64,000 bases of DNA from Alphaproteobacteria bacterium. Its GTDB lineage: Bacteria > Pseudomonadota > Alphaproteobacteria > SP197. The DNA is taken from contig OZ245842.1 in the NCBI GenBank assembly GCA_965228895.1, positions 1,984,001-2,048,000 of the forward strand. Direction: 5' to 3'. Position numbers and translations under genes: made by a program. Under the pieces are notes generated by a model. That model was not told where the DNA came from. It did no database searches and saw only the letters and a list, made by a program, of their open reading frames with translations. This document shows positions 1-9,312 of this stretch, one piece after another (the stretch's first letter is position 1; each line of letters begins with the position of its first letter).

Positions 1-1
1 G

Positions 2-232
2 ACGGGCTCGTTGATCACCGGCTTGGCGGTGGCTGAAGGAAAAATCGCCGGCGAGGAAGCCTGGCAGGCCGGCCTGGCCGACGAGCACTACATGGCCGAG
101 GTGTGGGGCGAGGACGCGGAGGCGAAGGCGCGCCAAGAGGCCTTGCGCGAGGAAATCGTCATGGCGGAGCGTCTGTTGCACCTGTTGGGACGTTTGCGAC
201 CGGTCAAACTTGCTGCGCCGCACAATGAATGA
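2..232 (+). CDS. ATP12-family F1-ATPase assembly chaperone, C-terminal part (5' truncated by window)
   Basis: GSLITGLA...AW.A...DE.Y....WGED.EA..R pattern typical of the ATP12 C-terminus. Confidence 0.8.
   Translation, partial: TGSLITGLAVAEGKIAGEEAWQAGLADEHYMAEVWGEDAEAKARQEALREEIVMAERLLHLLGRLRPVKLAAPHNE
211..225. promoter_or_regulatory. PhaR-type operator overlapping predicted pccB promoter (TTGCTG 210-215, N17, TATCGA 233-238)
   Basis: TGCTGCGCCGCACAA matches TGCRNYGCASMA on both strands; the same motif occurs twice at the phasin promoter. Confidence 0.65.
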
Positions 233-272
233 TATCGAGGAATAACAAGGGCTTGCGCAAGGCGGGACGCCA

Positions 273-1805
273 ATGAACGACATGATTCGGCAGCTTGAAG
301 AGCGGCGCGAACAGGCGCGCGCCGGCGGTGGCGAGCGGCGCGTTCAAGCCCAGCACGCGAAAGGCAAACTCTCTGCGCGCGAACGGATTGAGCTGCTGCT
401 CGACGACGGTTCGTTCGAGGAATGGGACATGTTTGTCGAACATCGCTGCAGCGATTTCGGCATGACCGAACAGAAGGTGCCGGGCGACGGTGTGGTGACC
501 GGCTGGGGCACGGTCAACGGCCGGCTGGTCTTCGTCTTCAGCCAGGATTTCACGGTTTTCGGCGGGTCGCTCTCCGAGGCGCATGCGGAAAAGATCTGCA
601 AGATCATGGATCGCGCCATGCAGGTCGGCGCACCGGTTATCGGCATCAACGATTCCGGCGGCGCGCGCATTCAGGAAGGCGTCGCGTCGCTGGCCGGCTA
701 TGCCGAGGTCTTCCAGCGCAATGTCATGGCATCGGGTGTCGTGCCGCAGATCTCGGTCATCATGGGTCCGTGCGCGGGTGGTGCTGTCTATTCGCCGGCG
801 ATGACCGACTTCATCTTCATGGTGAAGGACAGCGCCTACATGTTCGTGACCGGCCCGGACGTGGTGAAGACCGTGACCCATGAGATGGTCACACACGAAG
901 AACTGGGTGGCGCCGTCACCCACACGACGCGGTCGGGCGTCGCCGACCTGGCCTTGGAGAACGATGTCGAGACGCTCGCCGAGCTGCGCCGTTTCATCGA
1001 TTTCCTGCCGGCATCAAACCGCGAAAAGCCGCCCCACTGGCATACCGACGATCCTCTCGACCGGGCGGAGCCGTCGCTCGATACGCTGGTGCCGGCCAAC
1101 CCGAACAAACCCTATGACATGAAGGAGCTGATCGAGAAGGTGGTCGACGAGGGCCACTTTTTTGAACTGCAGCCGGGCTACGCCGGCAACATCGTGACGG
1201 GGTTCGGCCGCATCGACGGCCATACCATCGGCATTGTCGCCAACCAGCCGATGGTACTGGCGGGGTGCTTGGATATCGATGCGTCGAAGAAGGCCGCGCG
1301 TTTCGTGCGTTTCTGCGACTGCTTCAACATTCCGATCGTGACCTTTGTCGATGTGCCGGGCTTCCTGCCTGGCACCAGCCAGGAACATGGCGGCATCATC
1401 AAACACGGCGCCAAGCTGCTCTACGCGTTTGCCGAGGCGACGGTGCCCAAGGTCACGGTCATCACCCGCAAATCCTATGGTGGCGCCTATGTGGTCATGA
1501 GCTCCAAGCATCTGCGCGGCGACGTGAACTACGCCTGGCCGGGCGCCGAGGTCGCGGTGATGGGGTCGAAAGGCGCGGTCGAGATCATCTTCCGCGCGGA
1601 GTTGGATGATCAGGAGAAGATCGAGGCGCGCACAGAGGAGTATCGCGAACGCTTCGCCAACCCGTTCTCCGCCGCCCGGCGCGGTTTTATCGACGATGTC
1701 ATCATGCCGCGCAGCACGCGCCGGCGGATCGGTAAGGCGCTCCTGATGTTACGCGACAAAGAGTTAACAAATCCCTGGAAGAAGCACGATAATATACCTC
1801 TGTAG
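273..1805 (+). CDS. pccB: Propionyl-CoA carboxylase beta (carboxyltransferase) subunit
   Basis: [48 protein letters not shown]-terminus. Confidence 0.95.
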   Translation: MNDMIRQLEERREQARAGGGERRVQAQHAKGKLSARERIELLLDDGSFEEWDMFVEHRCSDFGMTEQKVPGDGVVTGWGTVNGRLVFVFSQDFTVFGGSLSEAHAEKICKIMDRAMQVGAPVIGINDSGGARIQEGVASLAGYAEVFQRNVMASGVVPQISVIMGPCAGGAVYSPAMTDFIFMVKDSAYMFVTGPDVVKTVTHEMVTHEELGGAVTHTTRSGVADLALENDVETLAELRRFIDFLPASNREKPPHWHTDDPLDRAEPSLDTLVPANPNKPYDMKELIEKVVDEGHFFELQPGYAGNIVTGFGRIDGHTIGIVANQPMVLAGCLDIDASKKAARFVRFCDCFNIPIVTFVDVPGFLPGTSQEHGGIIKHGAKLLYAFAEATVPKVTVITRKSYGGAYVVMSSKHLRGDVNYAWPGAEVAVMGSKGAVEIIFRAELDDQEKIEARTEEYRERFANPFSAARRGFIDDVIMPRSTRRRIGKALLMLRDKELTNPWKKHDNIPL

Positions 1806-1822
1806 CAGGTAGTTAGGGCGAA

Positions 1823-3811
1823 ATGTTCAACAAGATTCTTATCGCCAATCGTGGCGAGATCGCCTGCCGGATCATCAAGACCTGCCGGCGCATGGGCATC
1901 CAGACCGTCGCCGTCTATTCGGAGGCCGACGCCGATGCGCTGCACGTCCGAATGGCAGACGAAGCGGTCTTCATCGGACCGCCGGCGCCTGCCGAGAGCT
2001 ATCTAAAGATCGATCGTATCGTCGAGGTGATCGGTGAGACCGGTGCCGAGGCAGTGCATCCGGGCTTTGGATTCCTGTCGGAGAACGGCGCGTTCGTGGA
2101 GGCGGTGGAAAAGGCCGGCGCGGTCTTCATTGGTCCGCCCGCGGCTGCCGTCGCCGCCATGGGCGACAAGATCGAGTCCAAGAAACTGGCCGAAAAGGCC
2201 AACGTCAACGTCATACCCGGCCACATGGGCGAGATCGCCGATGTGGACGAGGCGCTCAAAATCGCCGAGACCATCGGCTATCCCGTCATGATCAAGGCTG
2301 CGGCAGGCGGCGGCGGCAAGGGGATGCGCGTCGCCGAGAATGCCGATGAAGCCCGCGAAGGTTTCCGCGCGGCGCGTTCGGAAGCCAAGGCCTCGTTCGG
2401 CGACGACCGGGTCTTCCTGGAAAAGTTCATTGTTGAGCCCCGCCACATCGAAATTCAGATCATGGCTGACGCTCACGGCAACATCGTCTATCTGGGCGAG
2501 CGCGAATGTTCGATCCAGCGCCGCCACCAGAAGGTCGTCGAAGAAGCGCCGAGCCCGCTGCTTGACCCGAAGACAAGGCAGGCGATGGGTGAGCAGGCGG
2601 TCGCCTTGGCGCGCGCTGTCGACTACCATTCGGCCGGTACCGTCGAGTTCGTCGCTGACGCGAAGAAAAACTTCTATTTCCTTGAAATGAATACAAGATT
2701 ACAGGTTGAGCACCCTGTCACGGAGTTTGTGACAGGCCTCGATCTGGTGGAGCAGATGATCCGTGTCGCGGCGGGTGAAGAGCTGGCGTTCAAGCAGGAC
2801 GACATCAAGTTGGACGGCTGGGCGATCGAGACCCGCGTCTATGCCGAAGATCCGCTGCGCGGTTTCTTGCCGTCGATCGGCCGCCTGACACGCTACCGCC
2901 CGCCGTCGGAGTCCGCCCATGTCCGCATCGATAGCGGCGTGGAAGAGGGGTCGGAGGTCACGATGTTCTACGATCCCATGATCGCGAAGCTCGTGAGTTA
3001 CGGCAGCGACCGTGCGGCGGCGATCGACACCATGGAACGGTCGCTGGACGGCTTCCAGATCCGTGGCGTCAGCCACAACATCGGCTTCCTGTCGGCGATC
3101 ATGCGCGAAGAGCGTTTTCGTGAGGGCGCGCTGACCACGGGATTTGTCGCAGATGTCTGGCCCGATGGTTTCAGCGGTGCTGCGCTGGATGGCGAAACGC
3201 TGGAGAACCTTATCGGCGTCGGTCTTCTCGCGCATCTGACGGTGCTGCGGCGCGACCGCGGCATCTCCGGTCTGTTCGATGGTGCCAACGGCATGGCCGA
3301 GAACTGGGTCGCGCGTCTGGGTCACGATCGCCATGCGGTGACGGCGGTGCTGGTTGATGGCGGCATCGATGTGACGTTGGATGGCCGGGACATTGCGGTG
3401 CGCGGGCAGTGGCTGCCCGGGGACCGTCAGTTTGATGGCATGGTGCAGGATCGCCCGGTCATCGTTCAGACGGATCGACGGGGCACGCAGTGGGACCTCT
3501 CCCACGCCGGTGTTGCCGAGCGCATTGTCATCTTGAGCCAGCACGCCGACACGCTCCTGGAGCGTATGCCGTTCAAGGAACCGGCCGATACCTCACGGCT
3601 TCTGCTGTCACCGATGCCGGGCATGGTCGTCGACATTCTGGTTGCCGAGGGCGATGAGGTGAAATCCGGTGCGGCGCTCGCCATCGTCGACGCCATGAAG
3701 ATGGAGAACGTGCTGCACGCGGAAATCGACGGCCGGGTAAAGGCGGTCAATGTCGCCAAGGGTGACTCGCTGGCCGTCGACCAGATCATCCTGGAGTTTG
3801 ATGAAGCCTGA
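1823..3811 (+). CDS. pccA: Propionyl-CoA carboxylase alpha subunit (biotin carboxylase plus biotinyl domain)
   Basis: ILIANRGEIA, GGGGKGMR, RECSIQRRHQK, EMNTRLQVEHPVTE, C-terminal AMKMEN biotin lysine. Confidence 0.95.
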   Translation: MFNKILIANRGEIACRIIKTCRRMGIQTVAVYSEADADALHVRMADEAVFIGPPAPAESYLKIDRIVEVIGETGAEAVHPGFGFLSENGAFVEAVEKAGAVFIGPPAAAVAAMGDKIESKKLAEKANVNVIPGHMGEIADVDEALKIAETIGYPVMIKAAAGGGGKGMRVAENADEAREGFRAARSEAKASFGDDRVFLEKFIVEPRHIEIQIMADAHGNIVYLGERECSIQRRHQKVVEEAPSPLLDPKTRQAMGEQAVALARAVDYHSAGTVEFVADAKKNFYFLEMNTRLQVEHPVTEFVTGLDLVEQMIRVAAGEELAFKQDDIKLDGWAIETRVYAEDPLRGFLPSIGRLTRYRPPSESAHVRIDSGVEEGSEVTMFYDPMIAKLVSYGSDRAAAIDTMERSLDGFQIRGVSHNIGFLSAIMREERFREGALTTGFVADVWPDGFSGAALDGETLENLIGVGLLAHLTVLRRDRGISGLFDGANGMAENWVARLGHDRHAVTAVLVDGGIDVTLDGRDIAVRGQWLPGDRQFDGMVQDRPVIVQTDRRGTQWDLSHAGVAERIVILSQHADTLLERMPFKEPADTSRLLLSPMPGMVVDILVAEGDEVKSGAALAIVDAMKMENVLHAEIDGRVKAVNVAKGDSLAVDQIILEFDEA

Positions 3812-4094
3812 CCCCGATTATCGCCAGGTCCATGTTGTGATAGCCGGCCGCGTGCAGGGCGTCTGGTATCGCGCCTGGACCGGCGAGGAGGCGAGTGATC
3901 TGGGACTGAACGGCTGGGTCCGCAACCGGCGCGACGGCACGGTCGAGGCTGTCTTCGCCGGAACGGACCAGGCGGTCGAGAACATGCTTGCGCTGTGTCA
4001 CAAAGGGCCACCGCTCGCCAAGGTCACGATGGTCGACGTTCGCGACGACGAGAGCGCGATAGAACCCGGGTTTCGTCAGCTACCCACCGCCTGA
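3801..4094 (+). CDS. acyP: Acylphosphatase
   Basis: GRVQGVWYR and [13 protein letters not shown] motifs; ATG 3801 overlaps the pccA end. Confidence 0.92.
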   Translation: MKPDPDYRQVHVVIAGRVQGVWYRAWTGEEASDLGLNGWVRNRRDGTVEAVFAGTDQAVENMLALCHKGPPLAKVTMVDVRDDESAIEPGFRQLPTA

Positions 4095-4751
4095 CAGCGT
4101 CAGCGCGGGCGCGGTGTCTAGGCGGGCCGGCATGGCCGTCTCGAAATTGGCTTTCAATGCCGCATCGACGGCCGCCAAATCAGCATCGATGCCGAGTGCG
4201 CGCAGGGACGTCACGCCGTGGCCTTGGATACCGCACGGGATGATGCCGCGGAAATGGTCGAGATCGGGATCGACGTTGATGGCAATGCCGTGAAACGACA
4301 CCCAGCGGCGCACCCGGATGCCGATCGCGGCGATCTTGTCTTCGCCGCCTGGCCGGCGAACCCACACGCCGACCCGATCGTCCCGTGTTTCGCCGGTAAC
4401 ACCGAAGTCGGCCAGCGTCGCGATGAGCCATGTTTCCAGGCCGCGGACAAAGGCCTTCAGATCGCCGCCACGAGCCTTCAAGTCCAACATCACATAGGCA
4501 ACGCGCTGACCGGGGCCGTGATAGGTGTAGCGGCCGCCCCGACCGGTTCGGTAGACGGGGAAAGCGCCGGCATCCAGAAGCTCTGACGCATCGGCGCTGG
4601 TGCCGGCGGTATAGAGCGGCGGGTGTTCCACCAGCCAAACCGTCTCCGGTGCGCTCCCGGCGCGAATCGCCCCAGCCCGCTCCTCCATGAAGCTGACGGC
4701 GTCTGGATAGGCGACGGGCGCCTCGCTTATCTGCCACAGAACGCCTGACAT
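4080..4751 (-). CDS. lipB: Lipoyl(octanoyl) transferase
   Basis: [40 protein letters not shown]. Confidence 0.95.
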   Translation of the reverse strand: MSGVLWQISEAPVAYPDAVSFMEERAGAIRAGSAPETVWLVEHPPLYTAGTSADASELLDAGAFPVYRTGRGGRYTYHGPGQRVAYVMLDLKARGGDLKAFVRGLETWLIATLADFGVTGETRDDRVGVWVRRPGGEDKIAAIGIRVRRWVSFHGIAINVDPDLDHFRGIIPCGIQGHGVTSLRALGIDADLAAVDAALKANFETAMPARLDTAPALTLSGGG

Positions 4752-4776
4752 GGGCTCCTGTCCTTGATTGCGGCCC

Positions 4777-4805
4777 TTGCGGGTACCTATGAATCTAGCT
4801 ATAGG
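4777..4805 (+). promoter_or_regulatory. Predicted sigma70 promoter of tRNA-Leu
   Basis: TTGCGG-N17-TATAGG with GC before the -10 (GCTATA), about 20 nt upstream of the tRNA. Confidence 0.55.
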
Positions 4806-4824
4806 AACGTCGATTACCAGCTCT

Positions 4825-4910
4825 GCGGTCGTGGCGGAATTGGTAGACGCGCAGCGTTGAGGGCGCTGTGGGCTTAGCCCGTGGAAGTTCGAGTCTTCTC
4901 GACCGCACCA
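4825..4910 (+). tRNA. tRNA-Leu(GAG)
   Basis: Acceptor stem GCGGTCG/CGACCGC, D-loop GGAATTGGTAGAC, anticodon stem CAGCG/CGCTG with loop TTGAGGG, long variable arm, TTCGAGT T-loop, encoded CCA. Confidence 0.97.
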
Positions 4911-4920
4911 GTTTCCCGAA

Positions 4921-4955
4921 AAAGGGCCCGTCGCAGCGCGGCGGGTCCTTTTCTT
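4921..4955 (+). terminator. Intrinsic terminator after tRNA-Leu
   Basis: AAAGGGCCCGTCGC-AGC-GCGGCGGGTCCTTT stem followed by T-rich tail. Confidence 0.75.
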
Positions 4956-5084
4956 AAGCCGGTGCCCGCCCGTTGGGCTGGTGAAGCGATCCCTAGAGCG
5001 GATTGACCCGTCTTGATGTCATAGCGAAGCGATTCCATCAAAACAGGATCTGCTCTAGGCACAACACTCAAAAATGGGTGGGTC

Positions 5085-6482
5085 ATGAGCGAACAGACCG
5101 CGCAGAGCACCATCGAAACCGCGTCCGACGTCCACGACCTCTATGGTCTGACGCCGGAGCTGCTGCATGCCATTCTGGAATCGCTAGGCGACGATGATGG
5201 CAACCGGCTGGAAGCGCTCGTTGTCCCGCTCCATCCCGCCGACATCGCTGACCTGTTGGAGCAGATTACCTCGCACCAGCGCCGCCAGGTGCTCGACGCG
5301 CTACGGCCGGAGTTCGATCCGGAGGTGCTGGCCCATCTGGACGAGTCGGTTCTTGAAGACGTCGTCGAGATTCTGGGCACCGACGATGTCGCCCATCTGG
5401 TCGAGCAGCTTGAAACCGACGACGCCGTCGATGTTCTCGAAGACCTCGACCAGAACGTGCAGGAAGAAGTCCTGGCCGCCGTGCCGTTCGCATCACGCCG
5501 AGCTGTCGAGGAAGGCCTCACGTTTCCGGAGGACAGCGCCGGCCGCCTGATGCGACGCGATGTCGTCGCCGTGCCGATGTTCTGGAACATCGGCCAGACG
5601 ATCGACTACCTGCGCGCCAGCGACGATCTGCCGGACGACTTCTACGAAATCTTTATCGTCGATCCCCAGCACAAACCTTTGGGGTCGGTGCCGATCAGCA
5701 GGATCCTGCGCAACGGCCGCGAGATGCGCCTGCAGAACCTGGTCGAAGATGATGAACCGACAACTGTCAATGCGACGACGGACCAGGAAGAGGTCGCCTA
5801 CATCTTCCAGCAATACGGTCTGAGTGAAATGGCCGTCACCGACAACGATGGCCGGCTGCTCGGCGCCATCACCTTTGACGACGTGGTCGACGTTATCGGT
5901 GAGGAAACGGAAGAAGACACGCTACGCCTCGGCGGTGTCGCGGAAACCGATCTGAACGATGAAATCGTCACGACAACGCGTAAGCGTTTCCTGTGGCTGT
6001 TCGTCAATCTGGGCACCGCCATATTGGCGTCGTTGGTGATTGGTGTCTTCGAGGGCACGTTGGAACGTTTCGTGGCGCTCGCGGTCTTGATGCCGATCGT
6101 CGCGTCCATGGGCGGTAACGCGGGCACCCAGACGATGACAGTTGCCGTGCGCGCCCTGGCAACGCGCGACCTGACAAGAGCGAACGCGCTGCGTGTTGTC
6201 GGTAAGGAAGTCGTCGTCGGCCTGTTGAACGGCCTGGTCTTCGCCGTGCTGGTCGGCCTTGTCGCGTGGCAATGGTTTCAGGAGCCGATGCTGGGCGTCG
6301 TGATTGGTATTGCTATGGTGGTCAACCTGCTGGTCGCCGGCATGGCAGGCGCACTGATCCCGCTTGGATTGAACGCGCTGAAGGTGGACCCGGCGGTTTC
6401 CGCCGGCGTCTTTCTGACGACCGTGACCGATGTCGTCGGCTTTTTTGTCTTCCTGGCTCTGGGCGCGGCCATACTGCTTTAA
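5085..6482 (+). CDS. mgtE: Magnesium transporter MgtE
   Basis: LHPADIAD N-domain, SAGRLM CBS pair, MGGNAGTQ, DPA..SAG.F.TTVTDVVG. Confidence 0.95.
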   Translation: MSEQTAQSTIETASDVHDLYGLTPELLHAILESLGDDDGNRLEALVVPLHPADIADLLEQITSHQRRQVLDALRPEFDPEVLAHLDESVLEDVVEILGTDDVAHLVEQLETDDAVDVLEDLDQNVQEEVLAAVPFASRRAVEEGLTFPEDSAGRLMRRDVVAVPMFWNIGQTIDYLRASDDLPDDFYEIFIVDPQHKPLGSVPISRILRNGREMRLQNLVEDDEPTTVNATTDQEEVAYIFQQYGLSEMAVTDNDGRLLGAITFDDVVDVIGEETEEDTLRLGGVAETDLNDEIVTTTRKRFLWLFVNLGTAILASLVIGVFEGTLERFVALAVLMPIVASMGGNAGTQTMTVAVRALATRDLTRANALRVVGKEVVVGLLNGLVFAVLVGLVAWQWFQEPMLGVVIGIAMVVNLLVAGMAGALIPLGLNALKVDPAVSAGVFLTTVTDVVGFFVFLALGAAILL

Positions 6483-6489
6483 TCGGAGA

Positions 6490-6654
6490 ATGACCATGCG
6501 GCGAAAGATCTACTCCGGCTGCGTGTTTGAGGAACTGGTCGGTGAGCACTTCCGTGACATCAGGCCAGCCAACACGACCGTCATCTGCGCTTTGACCAAA
6601 CCGGAGATGAAGGTTGAGATCGAAGTGACCGCGCGCCGCCAGACAAACGGGTAG
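6490..6654 (+). pseudogene. Rid (YjgF/UK114) family gene with large in-frame internal deletion, 54 aa
   Basis: Rid N-terminus MTMRRKIYSGCVFEELVG fused directly to Rid C-terminus EHFRDIRPANTTVICALTKPEMKVEIEVTAR; GGAG RBS intact. Confidence 0.75.
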
Positions 6655-6660
6655 GGAACC

Positions 6661-7266
6661 ATGACACAGCCCATCGACTTCTATTTCGACTTCAGTTCGC
6701 CTTATGGCTACCTCGCGACCGCGCGCATCGACGATATCGCCGCCAAGCACGGCCGCACCGTCTCCTGGCGCCCGATCCTGCTCGGCATCGCGTTTCAGAA
6801 AACCGGCCAAACACCGCTGATCAACCAGCCGGTGCGCGGCGCGTACTTCAAGCACGATATCGATCGCATGGCGCGCGACTATGGGATACCGCTTGTGTGG
6901 CCGGAGAACTTTCCGTTTCACTCCGTGGCGGCAAGCCGCGCGTTCTACTGGCTCGCGGACCGCGACAGTGCACTTGCGGTACGCTTCGCGCGTCTCGTGT
7001 TCCAGACCTATTGGGGCGAGGGCCGTGACGTCGCAAAACCGCCGCAGCTGGCAGAGGCGACCTGCGAAGCGCTCGGCCTCGACGCGGACGACATGCTGGC
7101 CGCACTAGCCGACGGCACGATCAAGGACCGGTTGCGCACGGAAGTCGATCAGGCGCTCGACAAAGGCATTTTTGGATCGCCCCTGTTCGATATCGACGGC
7201 GAACTGTTCTGGGGCTGCGACAAGTTCAGCGAGATCGACCGCTGGCTTGCCACAGGCGGTTGGTAA
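6661..7266 (+). CDS. 2-hydroxychromene-2-carboxylate isomerase-like protein (DsbA/GST-kappa family)
   Basis: IDFYFDFSSPYGY, GIFGSP.F..DGELFWG.D. Confidence 0.9.
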   Translation: MTQPIDFYFDFSSPYGYLATARIDDIAAKHGRTVSWRPILLGIAFQKTGQTPLINQPVRGAYFKHDIDRMARDYGIPLVWPENFPFHSVAASRAFYWLADRDSALAVRFARLVFQTYWGEGRDVAKPPQLAEATCEALGLDADDMLAALADGTIKDRLRTEVDQALDKGIFGSPLFDIDGELFWGCDKFSEIDRWLATGGW

Positions 7267-7287
7267 CTATTTGAAATAGCGGAAAAA

Positions 7288-8253
7288 TCAATCGGTCGTG
7301 TCGTCCGTTAGCGCGTTGAGATAGAGCGCGCGGTCGATGTTACCGCCGGACAAGACAACCGCGACCCGTTTGCCGCGCATGGCGCCCGCCTCGTTCTTAA
7401 GACCGGCAAGGGCGACCGCGCCGGCGCCTTCCGCCATGTTGTGGGTATCGCTGGCGAGATCGCGGATTGCGGCCATGATCGCGTCATCGCTAACGGTGAT
7501 GATGCGTTCGGCGCCGCGCCGGATGATGGCCAACGCGTCATCGTTGGGGACGCGGCAGGCGACGCCGTCGGCCATGGTGTCGGCGCTGTTGGTGGCGATG
7601 GCTTTGCCGGCTTCAAACGACAGCGCATAGGTCGCCGCCTTTTCGGACACCACGCCGACGATCTTGGTCGTCAGCCCGAGTGCATCGCGCACGCGAATGG
7701 CGCCGCAAATGCCCGATCCCAAACCAATGGGCACATAGAGCGTATCGATGTCGGCGACGCGGTCGAACAGTTCGAGGCTGTAGCTCGCGACACCGGCGAC
7801 GAGATCTTCGTGGAACGAGGGCACGAGGTGCAGCCCGCGCCGTTCCGCTTCGGCAAGGGTATACTCATAGGCTGCCTGAAAGTCGTGACCACTCTCGATC
7901 AGCTCGGCGCCCAGCGCCTGCATCGCCGCGTTCTTTTCCGCCGAGTTGCCATGGGGCACGACAATGGTCGCCGCCAGGCCGTTGTGTCTGGCGGCAAAGG
8001 CGACACTTTGCCCATGATTGCCGCGGGTTGCCGAGATGACGCCTTTGACGTCAGGCGCGCGTTCGCGAAGCCGATTCATGTAGACGAGACCGCCGCGCAG
8101 CTTGAAGGCGCCGATCGGTGTGTGGTTCTCGTGCTTGACCCAGATTTCGCTGCCGACCCGTGCGTTCAGCAGGGGCCATGCATGCTGCAGTGTCGGTTGA
8201 ACGGTTCGATGAACCAGCGCGGCGGCATCGCGCAAGGCCTCCAGCGATGCCAT
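7288..8253 (-). CDS. PLP-dependent threonine/serine dehydratase (short form, no regulatory domain)
   Basis: KHENHTPIGAFKLRG PLP lysine, TRGNHGQ, PIGLGSG, LSGGN; ATG at 8253. Confidence 0.9.
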   Translation of the reverse strand: MASLEALRDAAALVHRTVQPTLQHAWPLLNARVGSEIWVKHENHTPIGAFKLRGGLVYMNRLRERAPDVKGVISATRGNHGQSVAFAARHNGLAATIVVPHGNSAEKNAAMQALGAELIESGHDFQAAYEYTLAEAERRGLHLVPSFHEDLVAGVASYSLELFDRVADIDTLYVPIGLGSGICGAIRVRDALGLTTKIVGVVSEKAATYALSFEAGKAIATNSADTMADGVACRVPNDDALAIIRRGAERIITVSDDAIMAAIRDLASDTHNMAEGAGAVALAGLKNEAGAMRGKRVAVVLSGGNIDRALYLNALTDDTTD

Positions 8254-8257
8254 GGAA

Positions 8258-9085
8258 TCAGGCAAGCTCGATACGCATGTGCTCCCTGGCAACGAAGGCT
8301 TGCGGCCACATGACCTTGGCCTTCGTCTCGACCCGGCGCATGAAGCGGTCTTCGTGATCGGGGTCGTGGTGGAAGATCGCAAGGTTCTTGACGTTTGCCG
8401 CCTGGCACAGCCTGACGCCTTCCTGCCATGTCGAGTGACCCCAGCCGATCTTCGCCGGGAACTCCTTATCCGTATAGGTGGAGTCGTAGACCACCAGATC
8501 AGCACCTTCGATCAGACCCAGGATGTTCTGGTCGGGCTGGCCGATGACATGTTCGGTGTCGGTGACGTAGCAGAAGGACTTGCCCTTGAAATTCACGCGA
8601 TAGCCGGTCGCGCCATTGGGATGATTGAGTGCTGCCGTCTGAATGTCGATGTTCTTGCGCTTGCCAAGCTTGAAGCTGTCGCCGGCCTTGAAGTCGGCGA
8701 ACTCCTTGGCGGCGGTCATCGCTTCGAGCGGCACCGGGAAATAGGGGCTTTGCATCTGATCGGCAAAGACGTTCTCGATGGTGTCGTTCTGCAGGTGCCC
8801 GGCCAGGACGGTGAAATGGCAGTCGGGATGGAAGGCGGGGGTAAAGAACGGAAAGCCGTTGATGTGGTCCCAGTGGGTGTGGGACAGCAGGATCGTCGCG
8901 TCGCGCACGTTCTTGCGCAAAAGCCAGTGACCCAGGCCGCGAATACCTGTGCCGGCGTCCATGATGACGCGTTCGCCACCGCAGGCGACTTCAATACAGC
9001 TTGTGTTGCCGCCGAACGCGATATGATTGGGCGACGGACAGGCGATGCTGCCGCGAACTCCCCAGAACTTGATCTTAAACGACAT
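8258..9085 (-). CDS. MBL-fold metallo-hydrolase, cyclic-nucleotide phosphodiesterase-like
   Basis: FWGVRGSI..P, GGNTSC, DAGTG, SHTHWDHING, TDTEH, WGHS, FHHDP. Confidence 0.85.
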   Translation of the reverse strand: MSFKIKFWGVRGSIACPSPNHIAFGGNTSCIEVACGGERVIMDAGTGIRGLGHWLLRKNVRDATILLSHTHWDHINGFPFFTPAFHPDCHFTVLAGHLQNDTIENVFADQMQSPYFPVPLEAMTAAKEFADFKAGDSFKLGKRKNIDIQTAALNHPNGATGYRVNFKGKSFCYVTDTEHVIGQPDQNILGLIEGADLVVYDSTYTDKEFPAKIGWGHSTWQEGVRLCQAANVKNLAIFHHDPDHEDRFMRRVETKAKVMWPQAFVAREHMRIELA

Positions 9086-9312
9086 TAGGTCTTGTCCCGT
9101 CTGGCGTCGGCTTCGACGACCATGATGCCTTCCTGGACTGCCATCCGGTCTAGCGCCTGGGCTGACACAACCGGAGCATCAGGCCGGTTGCGGGGCATTC
9201 CAACGGGAAGGACGGGGCCGCTCGATACACCGTCTCCTGATGGGAGTGTGACGCATTCGCGACGCCGGCGGTATGACGAATGTCACTCATCACACTGGGG
9301 CCTATGGGGCGC

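Noticed and set aside
4825-4960. tRNA-Leu as integration site of an island
   Set aside because: No integrase, no duplicated tRNA 3' end seen; terminator and mgtE follow directly
4956-5084. Mg-sensing M-box riboswitch before mgtE
   Set aside because: Region is too short and lacks recognisable ykoK motifs
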